Positions 53,428 through 64,000 of a stretch of DNA of 64,000 bases are shown piece by piece. Within the stretch, counting starts at the first letter, position 1; each line of letters starts with the position of its first letter. The translations under genes were made by a program, and so were the position numbers. The notes beneath the pieces are model-generated. The model was not told where the DNA came from. It searched no databases and was given only the letters and a program-made list of their open reading frames with translations. Source of the DNA: Terricaulis sp. (lineage in GTDB: Bacteria; Pseudomonadota; Alphaproteobacteria; Caulobacterales; Aquidulcibacteraceae); assembly GCA_024707365.1 (NCBI GenBank), contig JANPZV010000002.1:80558-144557 (forward strand), given 5' to 3'.

Positions 53428-55533
53428 ATGAACGACGCACCCGCCCCCGCCCCTGCTCCCGCCGCCGCGGCCCTGCTGGCGCCCGCGCGCGCCCCCAAAG
53501 GCGCCCGCAAGGAAACGATGGCGCTGATCGGCAAGGTGGCGGGCGGGGATCTGGTGCGCGATCTGGTGCTGCTGGCGCCGCATAACGCCATCGACCGCCG
53601 CAAGCGCGTGCCGATCGGCGAGACCGAGGATGGCGAGATCGTCACCATCGAGGCGGAGGTGGACGCCCACCTCCCCGCTTACCGCAAGCTGCCCTACCGC
53701 ATCCGCCTGCGCGACGAGAGCGGGTTCCTCACGGTCGCGTATTTCCGGCCCAATGAAGAGATGCTCAAGCGCATGTGGCCCGAGGGCCAGACGCGGCTGA
53801 TCTCCGGCAAGGTCACGATCTATGACGGCATGCGCCAGATGCTGCATCCCGATTACGTGGTCGATCCGGCCAAGGGCGAGGCGCCGCCGCCGGTGGAGCC
53901 GGTGTATCCGCTGACGCAAGGCCTGCCGGGGCGCACGCTGCAGCGCACGATCCAAGCCGCGCTCGATACGGTGCCCGAAACGCCCGAATGGCTCGAAGGC
54001 TCGACGGTGAAGGCGCATGATTGGCCCGATTTCCGCACCGCGCTCGAGCACATGCACCGCCCCGCTTCGCCGGAGGATGTGGCGCTTGAGAGCCCGTTCC
54101 GCACGCGGCTTGCCTATGACGAACTCTTCGCGCGGCAATGCGCGCTGCGCTTGCGGCGCGTGCATCGGCGCAAATCGGCGGGGCGCGCGGTGACCGGCGA
54201 TGGAGGGCTGAGCGTCAAGATGTTGAGCTCCCTGCCCTACGCGCCGACGGGCGCGCAGAGCCGCGCGGCGGATGAAATCCTGAAAGACATGGCCGAACCC
54301 GCGCCGATGCTGCGGCTGCTGCAGGGCGATGTGGGCTCGGGCAAGACGCTTGTGGCGGCGCTGGCCATGGCGCGGGCGGCCGAAGCTGGCCTGCAAAGCG
54401 CGATGATGGCGCCCACCGATCTGCTCGCGCGCCAGCATGGGGCCACGCTTGAGCCTTTGCTGGCCGCCGCCGGCATGCGCATGGCGGTGCTGACCGGCCG
54501 CGATAAGGGCAAGGAACGCAAAGCCATCCTGGCGGGGCTGGCCTCGGGCGAGATCGCGGTGGTGGTGGGCACGCACGCGTTGTTTCAGGACGAGGTGGAT
54601 TTCCACGATCTTGGCCTGATCGTGATCGATGAGCAGCATCGCTTTGGCGTGTCCGATCGCATGCGCATGGTGGCCAAGGGCTTTGCGCCGCACGTGCTGG
54701 TGATGAGCGCAACGCCAATTCCGCGCACGCTGGCGCTTTCCATTCATGGCGACATGGATCTTTCCGTGCTCGATGAAAAGCCGCCAGGGCGGATGCCGAT
54801 CAAAACCGCCACCATGCCCGTCTCGCGCATGGATGAGGTGGTGGAAGCCATCGGCGAAGCGCGCCGGCGCGGCGAGCGCGCTTATTGGGTCTGCCCGCTG
54901 ATTGAGGAAAGCGAGGCGATTGATCTTGCGGCGGTGGATGATCGGCACAAGGAGCTTTCGGCCTTCTTTGGCGGCAAGGGCGTTGAGATCGTGCATGGCA
55001 AGATGAGCGGGCCTGCGCGCGAGGCGGCGATGGAGCGCTTCCGCACCGGCGAAAGCTTCCTGCTTGTGGCCACCACCGTGATCGAAGTCGGCGTCAATGT
55101 GCCCGAAGCCACCATCATGGTGATCGAGCACGCAGAGCGCTTTGGCCTTGCGCAATTGCATCAGCTGCGCGGGCGCGTGGGCCGGGGCGAGAAGCAAGGC
55201 TCTTGCGTGCTGCTATGGAAGCCGCCTTTGAGCGAGCACGCCAAGCAGCGGCTTGATGCGTTTCGGCGCACGGACGATGGCTTTGTGATCTCCGAACTCG
55301 ATTACAAAATGCGCGGCGCGGGCGATGTGCTGGGCGTGCAGCAATCGGGCTTGCCGCCGTTCCGGCTGGTGAGCCCCGAAGCGCATGGCGACATGCTGGG
55401 CGCGGCCGATAAGGAAGCGCGGCTGGCGGTGGAGCGCGACCCGGCGCTTTCAAGCGAACGCGGGCAAGCGATACGGCTTGTGCTGGCGCTGTTTGGCTAT
55501 ACCGACGCGGCGGAACTAGCGCGCAGCGGCTGA
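53428..55533 (+). CDS. recG: ATP-dependent DNA helicase RecG
   Basis: RLAYDEL, LQGDVGSGKT, DEQHRFGV, MSATPIPRTL and QLHQLRGRVGRG motifs. Start 53395 or 53428. Confidence 0.97.
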   Translation: MNDAPAPAPAPAAAALLAPARAPKGARKETMALIGKVAGGDLVRDLVLLAPHNAIDRRKRVPIGETEDGEIVTIEAEVDAHLPAYRKLPYRIRLRDESGFLTVAYFRPNEEMLKRMWPEGQTRLISGKVTIYDGMRQMLHPDYVVDPAKGEAPPPVEPVYPLTQGLPGRTLQRTIQAALDTVPETPEWLEGSTVKAHDWPDFRTALEHMHRPASPEDVALESPFRTRLAYDELFARQCALRLRRVHRRKSAGRAVTGDGGLSVKMLSSLPYAPTGAQSRAADEILKDMAEPAPMLRLLQGDVGSGKTLVAALAMARAAEAGLQSAMMAPTDLLARQHGATLEPLLAAAGMRMAVLTGRDKGKERKAILAGLASGEIAVVVGTHALFQDEVDFHDLGLIVIDEQHRFGVSDRMRMVAKGFAPHVLVMSATPIPRTLALSIHGDMDLSVLDEKPPGRMPIKTATMPVSRMDEVVEAIGEARRRGERAYWVCPLIEESEAIDLAAVDDRHKELSAFFGGKGVEIVHGKMSGPAREAAMERFRTGESFLLVATTVIEVGVNVPEATIMVIEHAERFGLAQLHQLRGRVGRGEKQGSCVLLWKPPLSEHAKQRLDAFRRTDDGFVISELDYKMRGAGDVLGVQQSGLPPFRLVSPEAHGDMLGAADKEARLAVERDPALSSERGQAIRLVLALFGYTDAAELARSG

Positions 55534-55558
55534 GCCCTCGCGCGCCGGAAGCGCGGAG

Positions 55559-55973
55559 GCGGGAGCGCAGCGTGCGCGCGCGGTGTTGGTGCAAAGCTTG
55601 CGCTTTGCGGGTTTGAGCTCGGTGCGTTCGCACGCTGCGCTCCCGCGATCGTTGTTCTGTCAGCGTCATGTCCGGGGCGCGTGTTCAGCGCGTGGACGAT
55701 CCAGCCAACGGCGAGCGGGTTTGGCCAAAATCCAATCCCGGGCCCGACGGTTTCACTGCCCCGCCGGCATGGCGCCGTTTCATGCTCCCCCGTTTACGGG
55801 GGAGCTGTCAGCGAAGCTGACTGAGGGGGCGGCGACAACCTCCCCCTTCGGCTCGCTTCGCTCGCCACTTCCCCCGCAAGCGGGGGAAGATGTGGCGGCG
55901 GCGCTTCTCGCTCGATCGCATCGCTGTTCGAGTGTGGGATTTGGCGCCAACTCCCTCCGCGTGAACAGCGATG
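55559..55973. repeat. Array of four different palindromic elements
   Basis: 18-bp IR 55559-55576/55629-55646; CGTCATG..CATGGCG element 55664-55774; GCTCCCCCG..CGGGGGAAG element 55784-55889; 11-bp IR 55919-55929/55963-55973. Confidence 0.75.
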
Positions 55974-56064
55974 GGGCGAGTATAAAAGCGCCGGCGAAGG
56001 GTTGGATTGATTTTTGCGCAGCCGCTGATTTCAGCGGGTTCTTCGCAAAATTCTGTTGGATAGC

Positions 56065-56812
56065 CTACGCCTCGCCCCGCGCCCTTTTCCAGCGCTTCAC
56101 GCGCTTTTCGATCGAAGCGTTTCAGCTTCGCCCAGGGCGTTTTGGCTTTTTTCGGTTGCGTTGGATCATGCACGTGGCGGCCATCGCCGATATGGCGCAC
56201 GGCCGGATGCTGCAGATTCGCCATGCGCATGCCGCGCTGTTTAAAGGCGTAGGACACATCCGGCTCATGCCCGATTGCGGCGAGCGAGCCGAGCGCGCGG
56301 ATGTCTTCAAGCCGGCGCAGGCCCGGATTGAACGAGTAAGAGAAATATTCCGGGTGCAGCGCAGGATCGAGCGTGAAATATTCGAGCGCGCCCAAACGCT
56401 CCACCGGCATCTCGCGCACCAACGGATTAAGCTCCTCACGCGGGCGCAGCGCCACCATGCTGACATCGGGGCGCGCTTTCAGCAGCGCGAAACTTTCCGC
56501 CAGGAAGCCATCGCGGAAAAACTCCCAATCGTCCTCGCAATGGAACACGTAAGGCGTATCCACCAGCGCATAGACTTTATCGAGCGATTTCATCTGCCCG
56601 AGTTGCGGGTTGTTGACGATCACCTCGATCGGCGCGCCCAAATCCGCGAGCGCCCCGCGCACCGCCTCATCGCCCGAATCCTCGATCACCAGCACGCGCT
56701 TGGCCGGGCGCTCAAGATGCTTGAGCAGCGAGGCCAGCGTTTCGCGCAGCAAGTCAAACCGCCCGCAGGAGGTGACCACGATGGTGTAATCGTCTCCAGA
56801 ATTGGCTTGCAA
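56065..56812 (-). CDS. Glycosyltransferase family 2-like protein (apparent frameshift ~56115)
   Basis: VVTSCGRFDLL, IEDSG, FHCEDDW, SFNPGLRR and RHIG motifs. A -1 shift gives the end SIEKRVKRWKRARGEA*. Confidence 0.8.
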
Positions 56813-56867
56813 TTGAGGGCCTTCGCTCTAGGGGAGTGCGGCAGCTATCTAAGGTCGCGCCGAGCCC

Positions 56868-57654
56868 TTGTCCACGTCACCCGCCCCCGTCACCTGCTTC
56901 ATCCGCACCAAAAACGAAGAGCGGATGATCGGCGCTGTGATCGAGGCCGCCAAGGCGGCGGTCGATGAGGTGGTGATCGTGGATTCCGGCTCAACCGACG
57001 CGACCATCGAGATCGCAGAGCGGCTCGGCGCGCGGGTGATCCGCCAGCCCTGGCTTGGCAATGGCAAGCAAAAGCGCGTCGGCGAGGATCACGCGCGGCA
57101 TGATTGGGTGCTTGATCTCGATGCCGATGAGGTGGTCTCGCCTGAGCTTGCGGGGTTGATCCGCGAATTGTTCGCCGCAGGGCCCCCGCCCTTTTCGATC
57201 TATCAGCTTGATCTTGTCACCGTGCCGCCGATCGGCAAGCCTTGGCATGATGTGGCGGTGGCGGATCGCAAGAAGCTTTACGATAAGCGCGTGGTGCGCG
57301 CGCCCGATCATGCGGCGTGGGATCAGTTCGAGCCGCCTGCGGGTGTGAAGATCGGGCGTTTGCGCGCGCCGCTTTATCATCACTCATTCCGCGACTTTGA
57401 ACATTTTATGGGCAAGCTCAACCGCATCTCCACGGTGCGGGCGCGCGAAAGCAAGCTTAAGCCGCTTTTGGGTTGTGGCGCTGCGCATTTGGCTGGCGCC
57501 GCCGTTTTATTTTATGAAGCATTTTCTGGCGCGCGATCATTGGAAGCTTGGCCTCTATGGCGTGGCCATCGCCGGCATGAGCGCGCATGGGCGATGGCTG
57601 CGCGATATAAAAATGCTCGAAATTCACCTCAAGCGCCGCCAAGAAAAAGAATGA
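56868..57654 (+). CDS. Glycosyltransferase family 2 (WaaE/KdtX-like; apparent frameshift ~57470)
   Basis: TKNEE, VDSGSTDAT, WVLDLDADE and KLNRIS motifs. C-terminus in ORF 57397-57654. Confidence 0.85.
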
Positions 57655-59070
57655 GCAGCGCTGAGGCGCCTGCGATTGTTTGGTTTCGCCAGGATTTGCG
57701 GCTGGCGGATAATCCCGCTTTAGCCGCCGCCGTAAAATCCCAGCGCCCGCTTATCCTGCTTTATCTGCTTGATGATGAAACGCCCGGCCCGTGGCGCATG
57801 GGCGGGGCGAGCCGCTGGTGGCTGCATCACAGCTTGGCGGCGCTGGCGGGGGATTTGGAAAAGCGCGGCGCAGCGCTCGTGCTGCGGCGCGGGCCGGCGC
57901 GCACCGCGATCCCGGCGCTTGTCAAACAAACCAAGGCGGCGGCGATTTTCTGGAACCGCTGCTATGAGCCCTTCGCGATTGCGCGGGATAAAGCGCTGAA
58001 GGAAACGATCTCAAGCACCGGCGCGGAAGCGCACAGCTTCAACGGCGCTTTGTTGATGGAGCCCTGGGCGCTCAAAACCAAAATTGGCGAGCCCTATAAG
58101 GTGTTCACCCCATTTTGGCGGGCGGCGTTGCAAAGCGGGGCCTTCCGCGGCCCGATCGCCGCGCCCAAACGCTTCAACGGCTATCGCGCGCCGATCAGGG
58201 GCGATGCGCTCAAGGATTGGGGACTTTTGCCGGCCCGGCCCAATTGGGCCAAGGGCTTTGCGCCGCTGTGGCGCCCTGGCGAAGCGGGCGCGCAGGCGGC
58301 GCTGGGCGCGTTTTGGAGGATGCGCTGCGCACCTACGTGACGGCGCGCGATGCGATGGGCGCATCGGGCACATCGCGCTTATCACCGCATTTGCATTTCG
58401 GCGAAATTTCACCGGCGCAAATTTACGCCGCCATTGAAAGCGCCGTGCATGACAGCCCTGCCTTGCGCGGCGTTGCTGACAAATTTTTGTCGAGATCGGC
58501 TGGCGCGAGTTTTCGCACAATCTGCTTTTCCATTGGCCGACGCTGCCGGAGAAAAACTGGCGCGCTTCGTTCGAGGCCTTCCCATGGCGCGAGGATAAGG
58601 CAGGCTTTGCCGCATGGAGCAAAGGCCAAACCGGCTATCCGATCGTGGACGCGGGCATGCGCGAGCTTTGGGCGACAGGCGCGATGCACAATCGCGCGCG
58701 CATGATCACCGCCTCCTTCCTGATCAAGCATCTGCTGATCGATTGGCGCGCTGGGGCGGCCTGGTTTTGGGATACGCTGCTGGATGCGGATCTCGCGAAC
58801 AATTCCGCCTCATGGCAATGGGTGGCGGGCTCGGGCGCGGATGCGGCCCCCTATTTCCGCATCTTCAATCCGGTGAGCCAGGGCGAGCGCTATGATGCGG
58901 ACGGCGCCTATGTGCGGCGTTGGGTTCCTGAACTGGCGCAGCTGCCGGATAAACTTATCCACCGCCCCTGGGAGGCAGCCCGCGCGCCCGCCGGCTACCC
59001 TGCCCCGATCGTGGAGCATGCGGCGGCGCGGCAGCGGGCGCTTGCGGCGTTTGCATCGCTGAGCGGTTGA
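57651..59070 (+). CDS. Deoxyribodipyrimidine photolyase (apparent frameshifts ~58315 and ~58495)
   Basis: WFRQDLRLADNPAL, YKVFTPFWR, TSRLSPHLHFGEIS, TGYPIVDAGMREL, MHNRARM and WQWVAGSGADAAPYFRIFNP motifs. Confidence 0.92.
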
Positions 59071-59102
59071 AGCGGCGCCCCGCCCGGCCTAGCGTCCCGC
59101 CC

Positions 59103-59994
59103 ATGACATCCCCTCCCGATCCCGTCGTCTCCCCCGCCTGGCTGGCGGAGCGGCTCGACGCGCCCGATATTCGCGTTATCGACGCGAGCTGGTTCATGCC
59201 GAGCGACCCGCGCGACGGCAAAGCGCTTTATGCCGAGCGCCGCATCCCTGGCGCGATTTTTTTCGATATCGATGCGGTGGCCGATAAGAACTCCGATCTG
59301 CCGCACATGTTGCCGAGCCCGGAGCAATTTGCCTCGCAGATGCGCAAGCTGGGCGTCGGCGACGGCATGCGGCTTGTGATCTACGATAGCGCCGGGATTT
59401 TTTCCGCGCCGCGCGTGTGGTGGAGCTTCCGCGCCATGGGGCACGAGGATGTCGTGGTGCTCGATGGCGGTTTTCCCGCCTGGGAAGCGGCTGGCTATCC
59501 GATCGAGACGGGCCCGCCGCAGCTGCGCGGCGAGCGCCATTTCAGCGCGCGCTTGCGCAGCGATCTGGTGCGCGATCTGGCCGACATGCGACGCCTTGCC
59601 GAATCTGGCTCGGCCGCCATTCTTGATGCGCGGCCAGCGGCGCGCTTTCGCGGCGAAACGCCGGAGCCGCGCCCCGGTTTGCGCAGCGGCCATATCCCAG
59701 GCTCGCACAGCCTGCCGGCGAACCTATTGCTCGACGAGCAAGGGCGGCTGCGCAGCAGCGAGGAATTGGAAAAAGGTGTTCGCCGATGCGGCGATCCCGC
59801 TCTCGCGCGCGCCTGTGGGCACCTGCGGCTCGGGCGTGGCGGCGGCGATTGTCGCGCTCGCGCTCGCGCGCTTGGGGCGGTGGGACGCGGCGGTGTATGA
59901 CGGCTCCTGGACAGAATGGGGCGCCCAAGCGGACACCCCGGTGACGACGGAGCCTGATGCCAAAGCCAATCGATCTTTCAGCGCTCAGCCTTGA
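59103..59994 (+). CDS. sseA: 3-mercaptopyruvate sulfurtransferase (apparent frameshift ~59775)
   Basis: LPHMLP, LDGG, DAR...RF.G..PEPR.GLRSGHIPGS, TCGSGVAA and YDGSWTEWG motifs. Confidence 0.92.
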
Positions 59995-61165
59995 AACGCG
60001 CCTGGCGCTTGCGGGCCGCGATCCGGCGCGCTCGGAAGGCGCGGTCAATCCCGCGATCCACCGCGCCAGCACGCTGTTGTTTGACGATCCCGACGATCTC
60101 TACGGCAAGCCCAATAAAACTTACGCGCTTGAAGGCATGGCCGTGCAGGAAGCGCTGCGCGATGCGCTTGTGGCGGTGGAAGGCGGCGCGGGCGCGACGC
60201 TTGCGCCATCGGGGCTTGGCGCGTGCACGCTGGCGCTTCTCACGCTCGCCAAGGATGGCGGGGAGATGCTGGTGGCCGACAGCGTCTACGGGCCGACGCG
60301 GCGGTTTTGCGACACGATGCTGCGCCGCTTTGGCGTGCGCACGCGCTATTACGATCCGCGCATTGGCGGCGATATCGCCGCGCTGATCACCGATCAGACC
60401 TGCGGGATTTTTCTGGAATCGCCCGGCTCCGGCGCATTCGAGCTGCAGGATGCGCCCGCCATCGCCGCCGCCGCGCGCGCGCGCGGGGCGCCCACGGTGA
60501 TCGACAACACCTGGTCTGCCGGGGTGTATTTCAAGCCGTTCGCGCACGGCATCGATCTTTCGGTGCAGGCGCTCACCAAATACCAGGCCGGCCATTCGGA
60601 CGCCTTCATGGGCGCTGTGCTCTCCGCCACGCCTGAATGGGACAACCGCGTCCGCACGGCGTACAAGCAACTCGGGCTCGGCGCTGGGCCTGATGATGCA
60701 TATCTTGTGCTGCGCGGCATGCGCACGCTGCTGCTGCGGCTGGAGCGGCAAGGCGCGGCGGCGCTTGAGATCGCGCGCTGGCTTGAGGCGCATCCGAAAG
60801 TGGCGCGCGTCATTCATCCGGCGCTTGAGAGCCATCCTGATCATGCGATCTGGAAGCGCGATTTCAGCGGCGCCTCCGGCCTGTTTGCGTTTGAGCTTCA
60901 GCCCGGCGTCTCGGCTGAGCGGCTGCGCGCGATGCTGCAAAGCCTTGCGCTGTTTGGCATGGGCTTTTCCTGGGGCGGCTATGAGAGCCTGATCGCGCCG
61001 GTGAACGTGAACGTCACCCGCACCGCGAGCCGCTGGGCCCCGGCTGGAGAAACCATTCGCGTGTCGATTGGCCTGGAAAACCCCGCGGACCTGAGGGCCG
61101 ACTTGGAACAAGCGCTCGATCGCCTCGGCTGGAGGCGCCCCTCACCGCGGCCGCACGCTTTTTAA
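59957..61165 (+). CDS. metC: Cystathionine beta-lyase
   Basis: VNPAIHRAST, YGPTR, ESPGS, DNTW, QALTKY..GHSD and FGMGFSWGGYESL motifs. Confidence 0.92.
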   Translation: MPKPIDLSALSLETRLALAGRDPARSEGAVNPAIHRASTLLFDDPDDLYGKPNKTYALEGMAVQEALRDALVAVEGGAGATLAPSGLGACTLALLTLAKDGGEMLVADSVYGPTRRFCDTMLRRFGVRTRYYDPRIGGDIAALITDQTCGIFLESPGSGAFELQDAPAIAAAARARGAPTVIDNTWSAGVYFKPFAHGIDLSVQALTKYQAGHSDAFMGAVLSATPEWDNRVRTAYKQLGLGAGPDDAYLVLRGMRTLLLRLERQGAAALEIARWLEAHPKVARVIHPALESHPDHAIWKRDFSGASGLFAFELQPGVSAERLRAMLQSLALFGMGFSWGGYESLIAPVNVNVTRTASRWAPAGETIRVSIGLENPADLRADLEQALDRLGWRRPSPRPHAF

Positions 61166-61242
61166 GAGGCCCTCTCATTCCCCTTTTCTCGCCAGCGGGG
61201 TTCATGCCATAAGGCGTTAACCAAACCAGCAGGGGCGATCAC

Positions 61243-62790
61243 ATGGGTGTGGTTACAAGAAGCGGCCGGCTCACGTCCTGCGTGATTGCGGCTTTCGCGA
61301 TCGCTGCAATTGGGGGTTGGTGGGCCGATGTAGAGGCCCAAACCCAGAGCGCGGCTGTGGATTGCAGCGCGTTCCGGCAAGCCGAGCGCGCGCCGCGTAA
61401 TCTCACCCAGCGCAACGCCGCCTTGGGGCGGCCCGCGGGGCTCAACACGGCCCTTTCCATTGTCGAGCGGTTTAATCCGATCAATGGCGATGTAAGCCAG
61501 CTGCGCGCCGCGCTGGCCGATTGCCAGGCCGCGCGCAGCAACCGCTCCGTCTACAATGTTGAGAGCTATCTCTGCGTCGCGGAAGCCACCTTCAAACTGG
61601 CGCAGAGCCCAGGCCAGCCGGCCGAAGCCAGCTTGCGCGATGCATATTGCAATTTCGATTTCGCCGCCGCGCTGGCCGATCGGCATGGCGCCAGCGCCAG
61701 AACATTGCGCGCCACCGCGCATGAAGGGCGCGGTAACACGCTGATTGCGCTGCACAATCTCTCGCCCGGCACCTCCACCGCCAACGCCTACCGGGACGAT
61801 GCGGTGCAAGCCTATAGCGCCGCCATCAGCGCCGAAGCGAACGCTGAGCGCTATCGCGCCCGCGCCGTGGGCCTGCTTGAGCAAGGCCACATCGCCCAAG
61901 CGCGCAACGATATCGCCGCGGCCTGGAACGGGCGCGGCGACGGCTCGCTCACCACTGGGCCCGATCTCGCGCTGACCCTGGTGCGCATCGGCCGGGCGCC
62001 GAATGTGCCCGGCGGCGCCGAATTGTTCGGCTGGGCCGCCGAGGCCGCGCCGAACTCGGTTTCGGCCAACGCGGCCTTGGGCATCGCCTATTTCAACGCC
62101 GGCGATTTCGATCGCGCGCGCGCGGCGCTGGAAGCGGCCAACCGGCCCACCGCCGTCGATGACAGCCAGCAAGGCTCGACCAATTATCTGGCCGAGGCGC
62201 GTTATCATCTGGCGTTGCTTGAGATCGAGAACGCCCGCCGGCTTGGGCGCCCCGCCAACTGGAACGCGGTGTTCAGCTATGCGGACGGCGCCACCGGCCG
62301 CGCCGGCAGCTCCGCGTTCGAGCATCGGCGCTTACGCTGCATCGCCTATATCCGCCGCGGCTGGGCCGCCAATGATCAGCCCCAGGCCGATTATTGCGCC
62401 AGCCTTGGCGGCTCGCCCGAAGCGGAATTGCTGCGCGGCATGTATTATCTGCGCCTCGCGCAATATTTGAACCCGCGCACCGTCGCCACCACGCCCGCGC
62501 GCCAGCGCTATATCGAGGCGATCACGCAAGCCACCACCGCGTTCAATCGCGGCAATGATGCTGCGCTGCGCTCGCCCAATCCTGATGCGACGGCGACGTG
62601 GCGCCCGGAATATGCGGACACGTTCAATGTGCGCCATGTGCTGGAATATGGGCGCTCGGTGATCGCCGCCGATTGCCCGCTGCCGGTGGACATGCGCATC
62701 CCGCGCGGGATCGATCGCGCCATCGAGCAAGCTGGATACGCTTTCTACGAGAACTTCGATCTCTTCAAATGCGATGCGCGGTATCTGTGA
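61243..62790 (+). CDS. Secreted TPR-like alpha-helical hypothetical protein, Cys-rich
   Basis: Signal peptide (...VEA-Q); TPR-like segments ANAALGIAYFNAGDFDRARAALEAA, AEARYHLALLE and AELLRGMYYL; 8 Cys after the signal. Confidence 0.7.
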   Translation: MGVVTRSGRLTSCVIAAFAIAAIGGWWADVEAQTQSAAVDCSAFRQAERAPRNLTQRNAALGRPAGLNTALSIVERFNPINGDVSQLRAALADCQAARSNRSVYNVESYLCVAEATFKLAQSPGQPAEASLRDAYCNFDFAAALADRHGASARTLRATAHEGRGNTLIALHNLSPGTSTANAYRDDAVQAYSAAISAEANAERYRARAVGLLEQGHIAQARNDIAAAWNGRGDGSLTTGPDLALTLVRIGRAPNVPGGAELFGWAAEAAPNSVSANAALGIAYFNAGDFDRARAALEAANRPTAVDDSQQGSTNYLAEARYHLALLEIENARRLGRPANWNAVFSYADGATGRAGSSAFEHRRLRCIAYIRRGWAANDQPQADYCASLGGSPEAELLRGMYYLRLAQYLNPRTVATTPARQRYIEAITQATTAFNRGNDAALRSPNPDATATWRPEYADTFNVRHVLEYGRSVIAADCPLPVDMRIPRGIDRAIEQAGYAFYENFDLFKCDARYL

Positions 62791-62900
62791 GGGCGTGACG
62801 CCGATCGGGGCAAGCGCCCGCTTCGGCCGTCGCGATAGGGACGTCTTGGGTTTGCGCCGCTTCAAGGCGGCGGCTTGGGTAAACACTGGAGAGGTGGGTT

Positions 62901-63522
62901 ATGGTCATCGTACCATCAGACGACAGACGCGCCCCGCGCGTTGGGCCGAAAGTTTTCGCCGATGTGCCAAGCAGCGCTGAATTGCTCAGCACGCAGGCCG
63001 AGCTGCAAAGCGTCAAGCGCAGCCGCAGCGGCATGCTGGTGTTCACCGTGCTTTTGCTTGGGCTTTTGATCGCGGCGGCGTTCGCGGCCTTCATGCTGTT
63101 CCAGCAAAGCCAGGCGCACACCACCGTGCTCAACGAAGCCAACGCCAAGACGGCGGCGGCTCAACAAGAGCTGGCGGAATATCGCGCGCAAGTGGCCGAA
63201 GATTTCGGCGAGTTCCAAACGCTCAACGATAAGCGCGCCCGCGTTCGTGCTGTGCGCGCCGAAATCGCCGAAGTGATCGCCCGCTATCCGCGCGCGCAAG
63301 ATCGCCTGCGGGCCGATGGCGATTATCTCCGCTACCAAACCGCCGGCGGCACTTGGGAAGGCGAGACCCGCGCCGTCGCGGAAAACCGGCTTGATTCCTG
63401 AGCTTGAGCGCCTGGGCGCTGAATTGAACGCCGTGCGCGCTTACCGCCCTCCAGTCATTCCGGGCACGCCCACGACCCCTTCCACCCCTTCGACGCCTTC
63501 AGCGCCGAGCCGGGTTCCGTAA
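62901..63522 (+). CDS. Single-TM coiled-coil protein with Pro/Thr/Ser-rich tail (apparent frameshift ~63390)
   Basis: GAGG RBS; TM MLVFTVLLLGLLIAAAFAAFMLF; helical region. Continues as IPELERLGAELN...PGTPTTPSTPSTPSAPSRVP*. Confidence 0.65.
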
Positions 63523-63570
63523 TTAACAGCGCGGCGTTCGCGGCGCCCGCTTTTCTAGGAGTGCACTCAC

Positions 63571-64000
63571 ATGGCGTTTAATGTCTCGCGCGGCGGCTCC
63601 GCCCCACCCAGCGCGAACGTGTTTCAGACGTTCGCGGTTGAGCAAAAATCGGCGTTCGATCTGGAGAAGCTTTCCGATCGCTTCCGCCACCGCAATACCG
63701 GCTGGACCATTCCGGAAGCATTCCTTTGCCTGCTGCTCTCAGCGGCGATGGCCGATGGCAATGTCGATCAGGAAGAAGCCTCTACGATCCAAACGCTGGC
63801 CCGCCGCTCACGCGCGCTGAGCGCGCTTTCGCCGCAAGATTTGGCGAACGCCAACAATGTGGTCAACGAGCGCATGGGCAATCGCTCGAACGCGCTGGAA
63901 GAAGCCTGCGGCACGCTGCCGGCGGATATGTGCCTGCCGGTGTTCGCCCATTGCGTGGAGATCATCCTTTCAGATGGCGAGCTGCTCACCAGCGAGGCGC
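63571..64000 (+). CDS. Partial (3'-truncated) TerB-family protein
   Basis: AGGAG RBS; MAFNVSRGG...EAFLCLLLSAAMADGNVDQEE...FAHCVEIILSDGELLTSEA has two (A/S)DG-x4-E motifs. Not in the ORF track. Confidence 0.75.
   Translation, partial: MAFNVSRGGSAPPSANVFQTFAVEQKSAFDLEKLSDRFRHRNTGWTIPEAFLCLLLSAAMADGNVDQEEASTIQTLARRSRALSALSPQDLANANNVVNERMGNRSNALEEACGTLPADMCLPVFAHCVEIILSDGELLTSEA

Noticed and set aside
53341-55197. 706-aa minus-strand ORF
   Set aside because: Antisense to recG; only the last 87 codons (sdhE) are a real gene.
55583-56968. 461-aa plus-strand ORF and the 55808 extension of the glycosyltransferase
   Set aside because: They read through palindromic repeats and antisense to the GT; composition is not protein-like.
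56868-58340. Apparent 490-aa glycosyltransferase-photolyase fusion in the ORF track
   Set aside because: A frameshift at ~57470 joins two genes. The true GT C-terminus is in another frame ending at 57654, overlapping the photolyase ATG (ATGA).

Overview
High-GC alphaproteobacterial chromosome segment. Gene order and content (popA-like, Cle-like and GAFTGA-less ntrC genes) suggest Caulobacterales/Hyphomonadaceae. Most of it is conserved core genome: rpmF, eno, ftsB, pdhABC/lpdA/lipA, trxB with a VtlR/LsrB-type LysR, cinA, ispDF, ntrBC, ntrYX, dat, hfq, hflX, mazG, tatD, holB, tmk, dacA, rlpA, tRNA-Ser, scoAB, popA, mfd, sdhE, recG, photolyase, sseA and metC. About 18 genes carry single-base frameshifts that look like long-read assembly errors. 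I saw no transposase, integrase, prophage, rRNA or CRISPR array. Non-annotated signals: (1) a XerC/XerD dif site at 39656-39683 where KOPS (GGGNAGGG) polarity flips, placing the replication terminus here; (2) a family of ~78-bp CTAAAGC...GCTTTAG palindromic elements whose termini supply the stop codons of five genes, including a chimeric copy; (3) a probable three-hairpin sRNA with a UUUUUCGUCCC loop at ~46925-47042; (4) an unannotated 30-aa hydrophobic peptide with a hairpin-sequestered RBS; (5) LexA-like boxes and a GANTC cluster; (6) an orphan three-gene cluster at the right end (secreted Cys-rich TPR-like protein, membrane-anchored coiled coil, TerB-like protein). The last is the best candidate for an undescribed system but is cut off by the window edge. 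All calls are by eye, without database searches.
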